Position numbers and translations under genes: made by a program. Shown here one piece after another: positions 24,143 through 36,633 of a stretch of 49,246 nt of DNA. Origin of the DNA: Psammoneis japonica. Its lineage: Eukaryota. Numbering within the stretch: position 1 is the first letter of the stretch; each line of letters starts with the position of its first letter. The stretch covers positions 1 to 49,246 of the forward strand of contig QPGO01000108.1 in assembly GCA_008632985.1 (NCBI GenBank), read 5' to 3'. The notes below the pieces were generated by a model. The model was not told where the DNA came from, made no database searches, and saw only the letters and a list, made by a program, of their open reading frames with translations.

Positions 24143-26417
24143 TTGTTGAAGGGAGAGTCCAATTTGACACGTGACGGACCGGTTGCAGTTCAAAACGGCG
24201 AAGCACGCAGGACAAAGTTCGGTTGTGCTGGGAGAGCGTGTCACCCCAAGACGCCTGGTTCTGCCAAACTGGCTGAACCAAAGGCCACTTACGGACTTGA
24301 TGTCTTTGAGTCCGATGATGACTTTGACGCCAACGAGACCTCCAAAATCAAGGCAATGGCAGCCGACATCCTTGACTCGATTCAGCTTTGCGAAAATGAG
24401 GTAGAGCTGAAAAAACTGAGCAATCCACCACCATTTAACTGGTCACTTCGGTGCAAGGAATGCTCGCAAAAGTTGGGCAACGAAATGGGCTGTCTCTTCT
24501 TCAAACGTGAGGACGTTGCCATGCAGGGATTGTGCATTTCCCGGGGTCAAGTCTGTGATGGTCACTGTGACAATGAAAACTGCACCTGGCGTCGACACAG
24601 GAAGACAGCTGCCGGTTGCTTCTTTGTTGTGGATGCCTTTGGCGACATCTGGTCCTTCAAGGTTGTCACCAACAGCAGAAGGACCATTGGTGAACACTGC
24701 GACGACCAGTGACGTGTTCCAGCTGCACGTGAACCAAATCGTGCACAAAAACGACATTTGCGCGATTTTTGCGCGGTCCCTAACTTACGATCGAACTTTC
24801 ACCACCAAAAGCACAGATTTGTACAAACACACATGTTTTGCAACACTAACAAGACTCGTGTGAGTGTTGCAATGTCATTGTTATTGTGCATCTATGTTTT
24901 TCATTGCGTTAAAAGATTCGTAACACAACGGATGATTTTCGGCGAAAATATTGCCGTCATTTAGATGTTACCTAAATGTGTCTTTTTACGATGCTACTTG
25001 GTAGGTTTTCTACATACAAAAAAATCTCAGTACAAATCCACTGACGTACAATCAGCATTGAGTCTACTGAGGAAGTTTATGATACATATCCCATGAGGAT
25101 TTGAATGCCCCTCAAAAAACTATTTAAATGTTCATACTCTAGAAGCCTGTAAAAGTCAATCCGTCTAAGTATTTTTATTAAAATGCTGTGTACACTAAAA
25201 TATACATAAATTATATTCAAAATCCGATTGTCGTTTTGTGCGTCACCTGGGACTGGAACACGTCCAGTGCGACATGGAGCCCATGCTTGCTCGCATGCAC
25301 CACAATCGAGCTCAGCTTGATTTTGCACTCAAAGACTTGGACTTGCAGCACGATGGTCCCACCCACCCCAATGTGTCGCTTTCCAGCATTGCATTCAAGC
25401 ATCTTTCCCTTGACGACAACAGGCCGTGGGACAATGTTCTCATTGGTGGAGGTGGCGACTCTTCACATGTCGAGGTGCACATGGATCGACTCAAGTTCCC
25501 GACTTTTCCAGTCAGGGACTTTTCCACTTGTCTGCCCCAGTCACAGTGATCTGCCGTTTCAAGAACATTTTGTGCCGATCGGGTCCCGACCCAAAACGAG
25601 TCATTCGTTTGGCGATCCATGCTGGTTGTCCCACGGATGTCGCCGATTTTACCACGTGGGGGACAAGCATCTTCCTGACCTTTGTTGCGAAGGTGCTGAC
25701 CCGTTTGTCAACTTTGCCGATCACTTGCAGAACACATTTGGGGTGCCACACGGTGACCCACAGGTGGGTGGGATCAGCCCCACCAATTTGACGTACGAGA
25801 AATTTTGCGATGCATTTCTGGACCCTTGTTGCGTCGGAACCGCGAATGACCCAATTGACGCAATGGTGGAAGAAATCTGTGCTGCACTTCTCTGGACAAA
25901 CAACAACGTCGACACCAACGAGTTCTGTCCCAACTTGATGGAACAATGGTGCAAGGCAGCGTGTGATGCTTGGGCAGACCGGGGAGCAGATTTCAGTGAG
26001 ATTTGTCTCATGTTGGTGCTGCAATGTCTGGTGCTGGCAGGTGTCGCAGTGAAAGACCATCCAAGACTCAACGACATTGTCTGTCCTGTCTTCAATTCGG
26101 GAGCTGCCGCACAACTGGGGCACATTCAACCGGAAGAAAGGCCGCTCATGCACCAAAGGATGTCATCCGAAACAGGAGCCGAAGAGTGCTGTTGGAACGG
26201 AACTGAGCACAAACTTTGTGAGAATTCAGACAATCGCTGCACCTGTGTTTTTGATCATGTTTTCCGAGGACCCTGTTCAGGACAAGACCTGTTTGCCTTC
26301 TCTCCCTCTGGGCAGCATCTCCGCAAGCCATGTGGGTCAACTGAGTGTGAAATTTTGGAGTGTGTTGACGATGACCCCAACCTTCACCAATCACAAGACA
26401 ATGCTGAATCGCGCACA
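24143..26417 (+). pseudogene. hypermutated ORF of unknown function interrupted by MITE C and ending at MITE B
   Basis: Removing 24710-25267 gives in-frame ...EHCDDQ|CDMEPMLARM..., which continues with a frame change into ORF 25188..26420. Confidence 0.55.
24710..25265. mobile_element. MITE C (556 bp), TIR TGACGTGTTCCAG, 2-bp TSD AG
   Basis: TGACGTGTTCCAG ... CTGGAACACGTCc with AG on both flanks. The interior is AT-rich and TA-rich, unlike the flanks. Confidence 0.85.
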
Positions 26418-26792
26418 TGACGCGTTCCAGGTCTAGGTGGGACCTCGTACTGCTGAACTGTGACATCGATGGTTTTTTGAGTCTCGTCGCATGTCGCGCA
26501 CGTAGATTTCTACGTGATTTTTTCGACATTTTGTGTCATTTTACGGTGCACTTGTTGAGCGATCCGTCCAACAACTTTTGACATTTTTTGTTACAGCGCG
26601 ATTCTACAATGTCTTAAGAATCGCGTAGGGCAGGCGAAGTTGCAAAAACGTCGAGTGGCAAGAGGCATAATTGCACCACAAACTTGGCCGTTTGTCACAT
26701 CCATTAATTAAATTCTCGTACTACGGAGCTCGCACGTAGAATTCTGCGGGCCCAATGTCACAAGGAGTCCCACCTAGGGCTGGAACGCGTCA
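26418..26792. mobile_element. MITE copy B (375 bp), inverted relative to copy A, 2-bp TSD CA
   Basis: Perfect 13-bp TIRs; CA at 26416-17 and 26793-94; aligns end to end with the reverse complement of 7381-7774. Confidence 0.92.
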
Positions 26793-26867
26793 CATTATTT
26801 GTGTGTGAATCAGCCGTGCAATCAGACGGTGCCAGTGTTTTCTCTGCTGTTGATGGACCACCCGCGG

Positions 26868-27046
26868 ACAATGAACTTAGCTCATTGTCATCGGAGGAGT
26901 CTAGACTCACCGCAAACAATGAACTTGGCTCATTGTCTTCAGAGGATTGTCGATTTGATGCGGAGAAAGAACCAAGTTCATTGGATTCGGAGGAGTCTCG
27001 ACTCACCGCAGACAATGAACTCAGCTCATTGTCTTTGGAGGAGTCT
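26868..27046 (+). repeat. 48-bp (16-codon) tandem repeat, about 3.7 units
   Basis: Units start at 26868, 26916, 26964 and 27012; peptide DNELSSLSSEESRLTA-like. Confidence 0.85.
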
Positions 27047-28314
27047 GTGTTGTCGGAGGACTGCTCATGTCCTGATTCTGACTGCCGCGTTCCAATTGTC
27101 ACGGCAGATTCTGTTGTCCTTCAGCCGCAGGATCAAGAATCCGATGAAGATGACACAAGTGACGCAACCGCGTACGATCGACCCGAGCCACCGGTCCTTT
27201 TACAAGTGCAAGATTTTGACATGGACAAACATGTGAGTGCTGTTTTTGAGTGAGTCTATCAACAGCCGAAGAACTCCTGCAATTGTTTGGTGTCATGTTT
27301 TTCACAAATCTCAGCCCGCAACATGACTCCTCCTGTGCTTTTGTTTCACATTGTCATGTCATCCCCAGACAAGACGGAGGTGCAAATGTCCTGTGGCTTT
27401 GCATGACGAGGCCCATCATGGCCGGAAACCTGACATCAGATGAGATGTGTTCGGACCGTGGCGTGGAGGCTGTCCAATCCACTCAGCAAAGAAGAGATGA
27501 GGCAAGGTGTCAAGTCGTTCAGGATCTCCACACGAACTCAAAGGTTCGTGCATGCACTGTGTCCCTGCAGGATGGCAGCCCCGCTTGTCACTTGAATTGC
27601 AACACACCCGCCAAGAATTTTGCCCAAAGGGTCAAGACGCGGTTTGGAACAGTGATTGATTTTAAGAAAAGTGGCTTCGTTCAGATCTGCATGGACTGCC
27701 GCTGGATGCAAAAAGGGGAGTGGCTGCAGTCGACACTTGGAAATCGCTTCTTTGGCAAAAACCTGAGGGATGTGATGGAAACGTTGTTTCATCCAAAGCT
27801 CCAGAGGTGCCGCGTCATAATCCCGTGCACCATTTGGTCACTGGCCCAAACCATGCGCAATTTGGATGACATTTTGGAGTGCACACTGGTGCGGGCCATG
27901 ACACAGGACATGGCATGTGAAACAGTGACACTCTGCCAGGCTTCCCAGGAGATTGTGGAGGAGTGCCGTGTGGATTGGCTGGGAAAACCATCTGACCAGG
28001 AAGCATCACATTTGGGAGTCACGGAACAGGAAATTCGGGAAACGCTGCCACATGAAGAAGCCAATTCAGTCCCAGAGTTCCTGCGAGAGTGTGGAAATTA
28101 CAACCCGAAGGAACCGTTCCCGTTCCTGTCCTTCGAGAGGAGAATTCCCAATTTTGGGGATGAGTTAAGGAAATGGCCTGGGAGTCATTTGCTGCGCTGG
28201 TTCCCAGTCGGATTTGTGAGCAGATTGTCAAAGCAGGTGAGTGAACGTTGTCTCTGTTGTCCTTGTCGTCCCAACCAAGTTTTCTGCTGCTGTTGTCGGA
28301 TGCTCACATGCTTT

Positions 28315-31300
28315 TCACCTGCTTTTGTGAAACAGCTCTCCCCATGTGTTTCTACGGTCTTGAACTGCCCAAACATGCTTTGTCCTGTCGTGTGTCTCAG
28401 CAATGCCGGGTTGCTCCTTGTGCACCAACAATTTGTCACCAACAGCATCGATGGGCACCAAGAAAAGCTTGGGTGAGTGCACTGTTTGTTCAGCAGAGGA
28501 CAAGTTGTTGTTCTTCACTTGGCCCAATTGCCAGCGACTGACCAGGTCGGTGTGTTGCATTCATTCAACCATGGTGCGCTTGTTGGGCTGGTGCGTGCAA
28601 GGGTGAACGACCGCGTGCAAGTCACTGTCGCTTTCCCTTTGGAAGAAACAGTGAAGTCTTGACGGGAAGCACAGTTCCCCCCCAGTTGTGCCAAAGTTAA
28701 CATTCGCCCAGTCGTGAACCGGTCCTTCGCTGTTGTGGTCTGGGTGTGCGCGGCAAGTGTCTTTCCCATTCTTGTGGCGGAATTCGGTTTTGCAAACAAG
28801 GTTGACGGTGAGGCCACCTCCTGCTCCAATGCATTCCCTCCACTTCTTTTGAAAGAAATGGAGCAGGACCAGGTGAACCTGACATTGTTTTTGCTTTCCG
28901 TGCCAGAGAAAGCTCACTGCATTGTTTGTTGCACTGTGGGTGATGGCAAAGGTGCTGCCACCCAGTGTGTGACTGTCGTTGCCACATGTGACGTCCTTTC
29001 ATCCAACTCTCGATGTGATCCATGGGTTGGCCGACAACGCACGGTGCACCGTCATTTGGTCTTGCACGTGCGACGCAACCTGACCCAGGAAGATGTCAAA
29101 GCTGCGTTGTTGTGCCATGGCAGAGGGCAATTTGAAAAAATCCTCAAGCAAAGATTCTCCAAGACCAGCGTCAAAGTTCATGGCATGACGGAAATGACAC
29201 AGAAAGATTGGAAGGTGAAGAAGCTCGTGAAGTTTTTGCAGCTTCCACCCAGCCCCTTCGTGTCTGGGGGAGCAATGTACGATGCGAGACACCAGCAACC
29301 GAATTTTCTTTGTGATTTTGGTCAGGTCAGTTGTGTCGGTCGGTGGGTCGCCGAGTCGACACCAAGCATGGAAGGCAAGCAGGTCTTCCAGCAACTGGAC
29401 GCATTGCCTGACACTGCAACTAAGGGGCTTTCTCTTTTTTTTCCTTTTCTGTTGATTGTGGCTGTTGCCTTCATCCTCGGACTTGTCCAGTTGTTGTTCC
29501 ACATGATCGTCTTCATCCGTTTTGTACGGATCATCTGTTCTGTCATTGGAGCGATGATCGTTGCCATTGTCGTGCTCTTCCGGCATGTGACAGCGATTGA
29601 TTCGGAACCTGGGTGTCCCACGCCCTGACGGCAATGGAGGATTGTCTTGGTCTTCCTGGAGAAAACAAGATTCGCAGACATCTCTGCCTTCCTTTGTCAG
29701 CAGCAACAAACAAAAAACAAAGGCCATCCCCGCCCAATGATGTGAGTTGAGGCAGGTGAGTGATGTTGCCCCGCCCTTGAAATTGGTTCGTAAGAAAGAA
29801 TTGCACGTGGATCGGTGATTGCCAAACATTTTTTCCACCAATCTGTCGACCTCGCTTCTCACTGAGTTTGTCATGCTGTCAACGAAAACACCAACCTCCC
29901 TTTTCAAAGTTCCATTTTCAAAAAGGTGCATCATGTCGCTTGCCATGGAAAGGGTTGCTCCGAACGGCTGTTCTCCGAAATCTGCACTGAGCAAGCTGTT
30001 GGTGGGCACATTGTGCTGCTTCATGCAATGAAGCTGCTGCAGCCAGTGGCTCCTTTCTTGCTCATCAAGACTGAGATCATTTGCGTGGTTCTGGACTGAC
30101 AAAATGTCGCCAGCCCTGACCAGTTCGCACTCCTTCCAAGGGTCGTCAAGCTCATTGCATCCGGTCATGCAAAACCTGGAACAACATTGGCGACAGTTCT
30201 TGGCACCACACCTGCCCACAAGGCAGTCACCACTCTTCGCATCTCTGTTGATTAGGATCATTGTTGGAATGACATGAAGGAAACGCATCTCATCACCACG
30301 TCGAACGCAGCAGCGAAAGCCGCCATTTTCCATTGTGTCTGGCAGAGGCTGGAGTGTTGTTGCCAACACCTTGTGACAATCCCGGATGCTTTGGCCCTTC
30401 TCCGACTTTCGAGCATTAGATTGCTGTTTGGCGGCGGAGGAGGACATTTTTTCTAGGTCGGGAATGCAACCAAGGACACGCCACTTCGCTCTGTCATGCC
30501 ATTGGTTGCAGGCAACATGAGCCGACGTAACTGTGACGGGTTCTCCGCAGGAAGACGACATGGAGGCTGTCTTCCCAGTCTTGTCAACGTAAATTGTCAA
30601 ACATTCGAGGAACTCTTTAAGAGGATCCGAGACCCTGGCTGCGCATGCACTTCTGTGCCACTCTCCTGCCAAAACACACTTGTCGTGCTTTCCCTTTGAG
30701 GCATGCATTCCGCATGGATCGGCAGTGTCGGCGAGATTGCTGGGGTTGGCCCATGTGTGAGCATCCAGCATGAACGATTCCCACACATCTTTGAAATTCC
30801 ATCGCGGAACTCTTGCTGTTGTCTCACCGCGTTCCCCATTGATGCTTTCTAGGTTGACTGGAATCATCTCACATTCCGGACCTGCAAAAGATTCATGTGG
30901 GTTCTCCATCAGTTTGGTCCGGCAAGGGATTTGCGTTCCAAGATGGAAGGCACTGCCACAGTGTCTTTCGATGAACTCAGCGATCTTGTCACACAGGTGA
31001 AGCGGTGCTCTGCAGTCGTCTAAGAGCTTGCACAGCTCTGCACAAGCACCGTTGAGGTTGCCAAGAGATGGCATGTGCACAAAGGCATCTTCGGCTGGGC
31101 TGCGGCACACCTCACCCAATCGGCTGTCTTCACTCCGCGAATCATCTTCGTCTGAGCTGTTTGATTTGTCAGGATTTGCAACTTCGGAGCCCTCCATTGT
31201 GACATCTGGCAGTGTGTCAAACGAGTCATCTGGTGACAAGCTGGCTTTGGAAGACAAGTCCAGGGACATGTCATGAATTTCCTCGTGATGGGATCGCGGC

Positions 31301-31713
31301 CCAAGAGCAGAAATGTCATCATCAAACGGTGGTGACCATGGTTCATCACTTCTGTCATTTTCGTTGTCAGTGGACCCAAGCCCAATGTTCGCTGCGGACG
31401 CACCTCGTCTGGACCGCCTCAGCCGTGGCTGTGACGCGTCATCTGATGAGGAGGAAATGTCAAGATCAACCGACCCACATCTGCGAGAGAATTTGTTGCT
31501 GACGTTGGAAGATTTAGCCGCAACCCTTGCTGACAACTCTGGCATTGGGCAGTTTGTGACTGCATCGCGACGTGACAAGTTGGACATCTCTTGAGCAAAC
31601 GAAAAACACAGTGGGTCATGATGGAAATGGGTGAGCATCCGTTTGAAGGATCGTTTGCAACGGGGACATGCCGCCACACCACCCCCACCCTGCCAACCAC
31701 CATTTCCTTCCAT
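28315..31713 (-). pseudogene. Plavaka-like (EnSpm/CACTA-related) DNA transposase, hypermutated and broken near the 3' end
   Basis: N-terminal CPRC..H finger; LTIYVDKT, WRVLGCIPDL, RDCHKVL, DAKSGDCLVGRCG, DMMHLFENG and KLQKLHELLH..NFDAGLGE..K motifs; C-terminal CRAHPDHNSEGPVHDWANVNF in ORF 28561..28917, continuing into 28315..28560. Confidence 0.8.
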
Positions 31714-32146
31714 TTGTTGTTGCAGCAGGTTTGTGGGCTGCCCAAACACATGTGTGTTCGAATGGCAGCACCGGTTCAGTTCGTGAAAAGTGAAATGGTT
31801 TGGGCGGCAAGGAAGGAAAACACGACACGAATTGGCACGAAAACATGGGTGCATTGTGTTCTTCCCATCAATGAAAACATTGACAGGTGAGAATGAATCG
31901 AATGTGTTGCAATGATTGACAACTTTGAGCATGAATGACTGGTTGCAAATGTTGTTTTTCTACGGAAAGGAAAAAATAAGTTGTGACGTGACAAGCCGTG
32001 ATGCGTTGCAGCGAGAAGTCCAGGAGGGGTGCACCCACACCTGCTGCAGCACCAGACACAAACGTTGCAATCAACAATGAATGCTGTTGTACAAAATGAC
32101 AGCTTGACGGCACATTGGCCAAACAACTGCTGGAGGATTTGAAAGT

Positions 32147-33487
32147 TTGACAATCATGACGGCAGATGGAAGGCGACAAATCATGGAATCGGAGTGCAAG
32201 GCGGCTTTTGATGAATTGGATCGTTTGACACAAAGTTCGCCACAAGGTGGGATGGTGCATTCTGATGACACGGGTGTGGCTTTGATCGAGTTTGAGAGCG
32301 GTGCACATGCAGTTAACCCGCACCTGCGCCATGATGCGATGGACCTGCAACGCATGATGAATGAGGACGACATCGAAGGGAGGTGGCGGGAACTGTGGAA
32401 GCAGAGGTGCAACCACATGGTTTGGCTGCACGAACATGTGAGTGATTGGAGCACAGAAGCAATTGAGTGCACGCACGCCAGCACAGGCATGATCTCAATT
32501 CACGACAACCTGAGCTGGTTGAATGGCGTCGTCAACCGTGGGGTCAATGCCCGCCATTGCCCGGAGCATTGGGGCTGTGTCGCGACTCACCAAGACAGGC
32601 AAGGAAGGATGTGCTGTGTCTGCAGTGCTCTGCACAATGAAGGAGAGAAAGAGCTGAGGGATGAATTTGCAGCGGGTGCGTGTGATGATGCAAAACTGGT
32701 CATTGACAGGGGAGACATTTCGAGATTGAGACGGAATTTGAGCATCAGCATGCCGACCTGTGGCATGGACAAGACAGGCACTTGCGGACTGTTGGGAGAA
32801 ACATTGGCAAGGGGAGGCACATGCGGACTTGCAATGGACAAGAAGGGAATTGTTTGCGATGCATTAAAACTGGCGAAGTGGCTCCAGCGTGACATCGTGC
32901 AAGACAACCATGAAAGACTTTGGTTCTGTGAGCAAATGGAGTTCTTCAGGTCATCTCCATGGACAGTCAATGAATGGACACTGGACATTGTCTGGAAGGA
33001 GGATGGTGAGTGGGAGAAATTTCAAAGCAGGAGAAAGGAAAAGCGTTGGGTGGAGAGACGTCGTCACATTGAAGTTAACAAATTCGTGAGAATGGTCGGA
33101 GCGGAGACGAGGGCTTTCACCCACATGACTGACTGTTCCGACATCGGGCGATGCATCAAGTTGAGAGTTACGAAGTTAGAGGGTGATGATGAATTGGACT
33201 GGAGAAAACGATTTGGCGCCAAAAAGGATGGATGTGCTTGGGCCCCAACAGCAAACCGGAATGACGTCAAAGCAGGTGAGGGGTTTGTTCATTGCAGCAA
33301 AAACAGTGAAAACAACTTTTGTGGGTGCACGTTTCACAATGATGTTTTGAACAAAACACTTTTGCAAGCAATTTGCACTGTGGAAGTGGATTTCGAAATT
33401 GCAGCAAAAGAGAGGTTTGAACTGGAATTCGCTAAAAGATTTGGCCAATTCTCAGTTATGTTGCATTTGAGAAAAAGGAATCATTGA
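32147..33487 (+). pseudogene. hypermutated ORF of unknown function, divergent from the transposase
   Basis: 446-aa protein-like ORF with no Tyr found; no family recognised. Confidence 0.5.
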
Positions 33488-33536
33488 TGGCAACTGCGAG
33501 ATTTTCAGCATTAAAGAGAGGTTTGAAAATTTTCCA

Positions 33537-34813
33537 ATGGCAAAAATAACTGGGACACAAGGCATGGAGCCACCCACAATTGGCGACAATGGCAAGGAAG
33601 AAGAAGAAAGGAACTGTGGGGGTGGCTGGAGATCAACCAACAAGCCCAAGGCTGGCCGCAGCGTTGGTGCGGGTGGGAGCCACTGGGGATCACCAGTCTG
33701 TGAAGAGAGAGGCAGAAGAGGTGGCGCGGAAGGAACTTTTCCCAAAGGCAAAATTCCTTGTCAAGGCGGACATGGCAAGCAGTGGCAAAGTGTCGCGGCT
33801 CATCAGGAAAAAGACAGCCGGAGGAAATTGCAGCAAGCGAGACTGGGCAGGAGCGTGGGAAGACTGGGCAAAGAAGTGCGTCATGTGTGCAATCAACGCG
33901 AAAAGGAGCACGGTCACTCAGGCGATCAAGAACAATGCAACGGCTGGCAAGTGTTTTGTGGTGCACGGCATGTTGAGTGTGGCTGCACTTGACACAACTG
34001 CACCTTCATTTGTTGAAGTCATGTTGACAGAGAGTGAAGCAGAGGAGACACACAGTCAGAAGCTGGCAGCAAAGGGTGGAGGTGGGAAGAAGAGCAAGAA
34101 GAGGAAGAAGAATGATCGCACGGAAGAGGAAGAGCCGTTCCTGGTGACTTGGGGGGAGGAGACTGTGACAACGATTGTGGAGGACAAGCGCAAGAACAAG
34201 GAAGCATGTGCTTGGTTCCACAAAAACATCCTGAAATTCACAAAGAGCACCGCCACATGGAGAAGGAAGGCAGAGTCGGGTGAGACAAAGGCAGCCGGTC
34301 TGGCTGCAGCGAGCGACGAGGCTCTGGCGCTGTTGACACTGGAAAACTGCTGGAAGAGTTGGGAGCACAAGGCACGTCATGACAAGACTGTTGCAGCAGG
34401 GGGGGGGGTTGGACGAAGAAGATGAGGAAGAGTCGGAACCAACACCCAAGTGCACGGACCCGTCAAGGCAACGAGACTCGTGGAAAGATGCAGGGATCAA
34501 GCGATTCAACGAACTGCTTGCGGCAGCGAAGAAAGACAGGTTGAGTGAGGAGGGCATGCAGTTCGACACATGGTGCAGCGAAGGCAAGAAAAGGAAGAGT
34601 GACGAAAGAGGCAAGGGACCAAAAAGAAAGAAAAAGCAGGTGGAGGAGGCAAGAACACAGGCAACGATGGAGCTTTCAAGTGACGACAAGGAGAAGGAGG
34701 AAGAGGCAACGGACGAGAACAGAGGAGACAAGGACAGCGATGAAGGGGAGGAGGACAGTGATGCGGAAAGCGATGCGAATGTAGATGCAGATGGTGAGCG
34801 AGCTGCGGCATGA
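33537..34813 (+). pseudogene. transposon accessory ORF (SDEAxALLxLENxW...WxxxGxxRFNxL type) with frameshifts
   Basis: ELFPKAKF..W..INAKRSTVTQAIK, then SDEALALLTLENCW and SWKDAGIKRFNELL, with an acidic tail. Paralog at 6891-7870. Confidence 0.65.
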
Positions 34814-36489
34814 AAAGGCAGCGGAGGCTTTTGTTAGTGTGACAATGGAAAGAGGACAAGCAATGCAGCAGGTTTCAATGTCAACAGTTGCGAGGCTTGA
34901 CAAAGCGTCAAAGGGATCATTGTTTTGTGATCTAACCTTTCATTTGACAACCAGTGCATGCAGTGGAACCAGTGCATGCAATGGAAGGTTCTCTTAACCA
35001 ACGCAACGCAATGATCAGCATTGAATTGTCATTGACCAAAACGTTGCGAACATTGCTTTCAAAAGGTAAAAAGTGACGGAATTCTGACAGTTGAGGGAGG
35101 GGTCCCACAGGCAAAGGAGGGGTCCCATGGTGAAAAATGCAATGCTGTGATGTGCAATGAAAAATCATGTTCTACACAACTCACTCAATGTGAAACTGTT
35201 GCATTCATGCCCACAATGGCATTGAAAATTGCCCACAAGAAGGGTGGTCACGATCACTGCATTTCACGATCTGATGTTCCACTGATGAACTTTGCTCATC
35301 ATGCTGCAATGAGGATGCACCCTTGGCAAACGTGGACAGAATGGGCTTGTTGGAGCCAAATCAACACCATCTGAGAAGGGCAACATCAGCACAAGAAGGT
35401 GCATGGAAACCTGTGTAGAAGCTGAGGGCATGCAGCTGACATTGAAAAAGCAACATGGCTGCACATGGAAGCAGCTGCTTTCCACCTCATGACAAAAAAA
35501 ACACCGCTGTTGAAACCATCATGTTTTGCTCAGTCTGCAGGTGCCATTTTTCTTTTGTTTGCTGCTGGCTGTGGCAGCTGCGGGCTCACGGAGATTTTGG
35601 CAACTTTCAAATGCAAAGTCATTGCACCCTCTTCTTGGGCCATTTTGACCTCCTTCTGTGAAAAGCACTCAACACAAAATGACACCATTGAATCCTCTGC
35701 ACATCCAAACTGGCCCACGTTGACCACACTTCTGTTTCATGCAGGTCCATTTTGGTGACCTCATGCACATTGACTTTGGGCTGATCATCCATCAAGACCT
35801 GCAAATTTTTTTTTATGTGCAACAGAGGTGTTTTTGCATGAAATGTGGCACAACTCACCATTTTTTCCTTTGCAGCGCATCTCTCATGTCTGCTTCACAT
35901 TGTCGACCAGTCTGCACCACTTTCACAACAGCAAAGAAGAAGTCAAAAAAAAAACACCATGGCAATTGGCACAAAAAAACACATCTCAACAGCGTGCATT
36001 GATTGTTCCTCTTTCTGGTGGTTCTGTGAGAGTCACTTCACCAAAGGACAAAATCACACCCAGCAACAAGGTGTCAAATTTTTGAGTCATTTCCAACATG
36101 TGGTTTGCCATGGAGGGAATTTTTTGGACATTGTGTTCAAGTCAACACTGTTCAAGACAATGAGTGCATTTCAAGGCCTTGGCAATTTGATCCTTGGCAA
36201 TCAAGGCATGTTGTGCATGCTTGGAGTTGGTCAGATGGGGGCTTGCAGAGGGCTTCTTTGATGGTGACTGGCTGCCCCCAGCTGTGTTCTTGGTCTGAAA
36301 GGTCCATTGCGGCAATTGTCAACATGCAGACAGTTTTTGTTTGCAGTTTGTTGTTGCACTGTAGACTGACAATGGTGTTTTGTGTTTGTGCAGTGTCGCT
36401 GTGTGCACATCAGTGCAATGAGCACAATGCAATGATTGTCACTTTGAAGATCAAGGAATGACACAAGCAGTTGTGAGTCTGGATGCTCC

Positions 36490-36633
36490 ATGGCAACAAA
36501 CTGAGAAAGAAGAGCCACACCCATCACAGTTGGAGGGGGTGTTGGGTGGAGGCAGGCCACAGTGGACACAGAGGGAGACCCTGAAGGCATGCTTCTCATG
36601 ATGACAAATCTCCCAGAATGACAACTCAACCAC
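36490..36633 (-). mobile_element. short relic of a CRE-like non-LTR element (zinc-knuckle region)
   Basis: FRVSLCVHCGLPPPNTPSNCDGCGSSFSV resembles the FRDxLxxRYGxxPxxLPxxCDGCGxxFSxxH pattern. Confidence 0.6.

Noticed and set aside
26868..27046. CRISPR-like array
   Set aside because: Contiguous in-frame 48-bp coding repeat with no unique spacers, in a eukaryotic context with no cas genes.
28714..29628. 304-aa plus-strand membrane-protein-like ORF
   Set aside because: It is the antisense shadow of the transposase; the hydrophobic stretch mirrors its Asp/Glu/Lys-rich segment. The same applies to 6679..7383 and 34006..34731.
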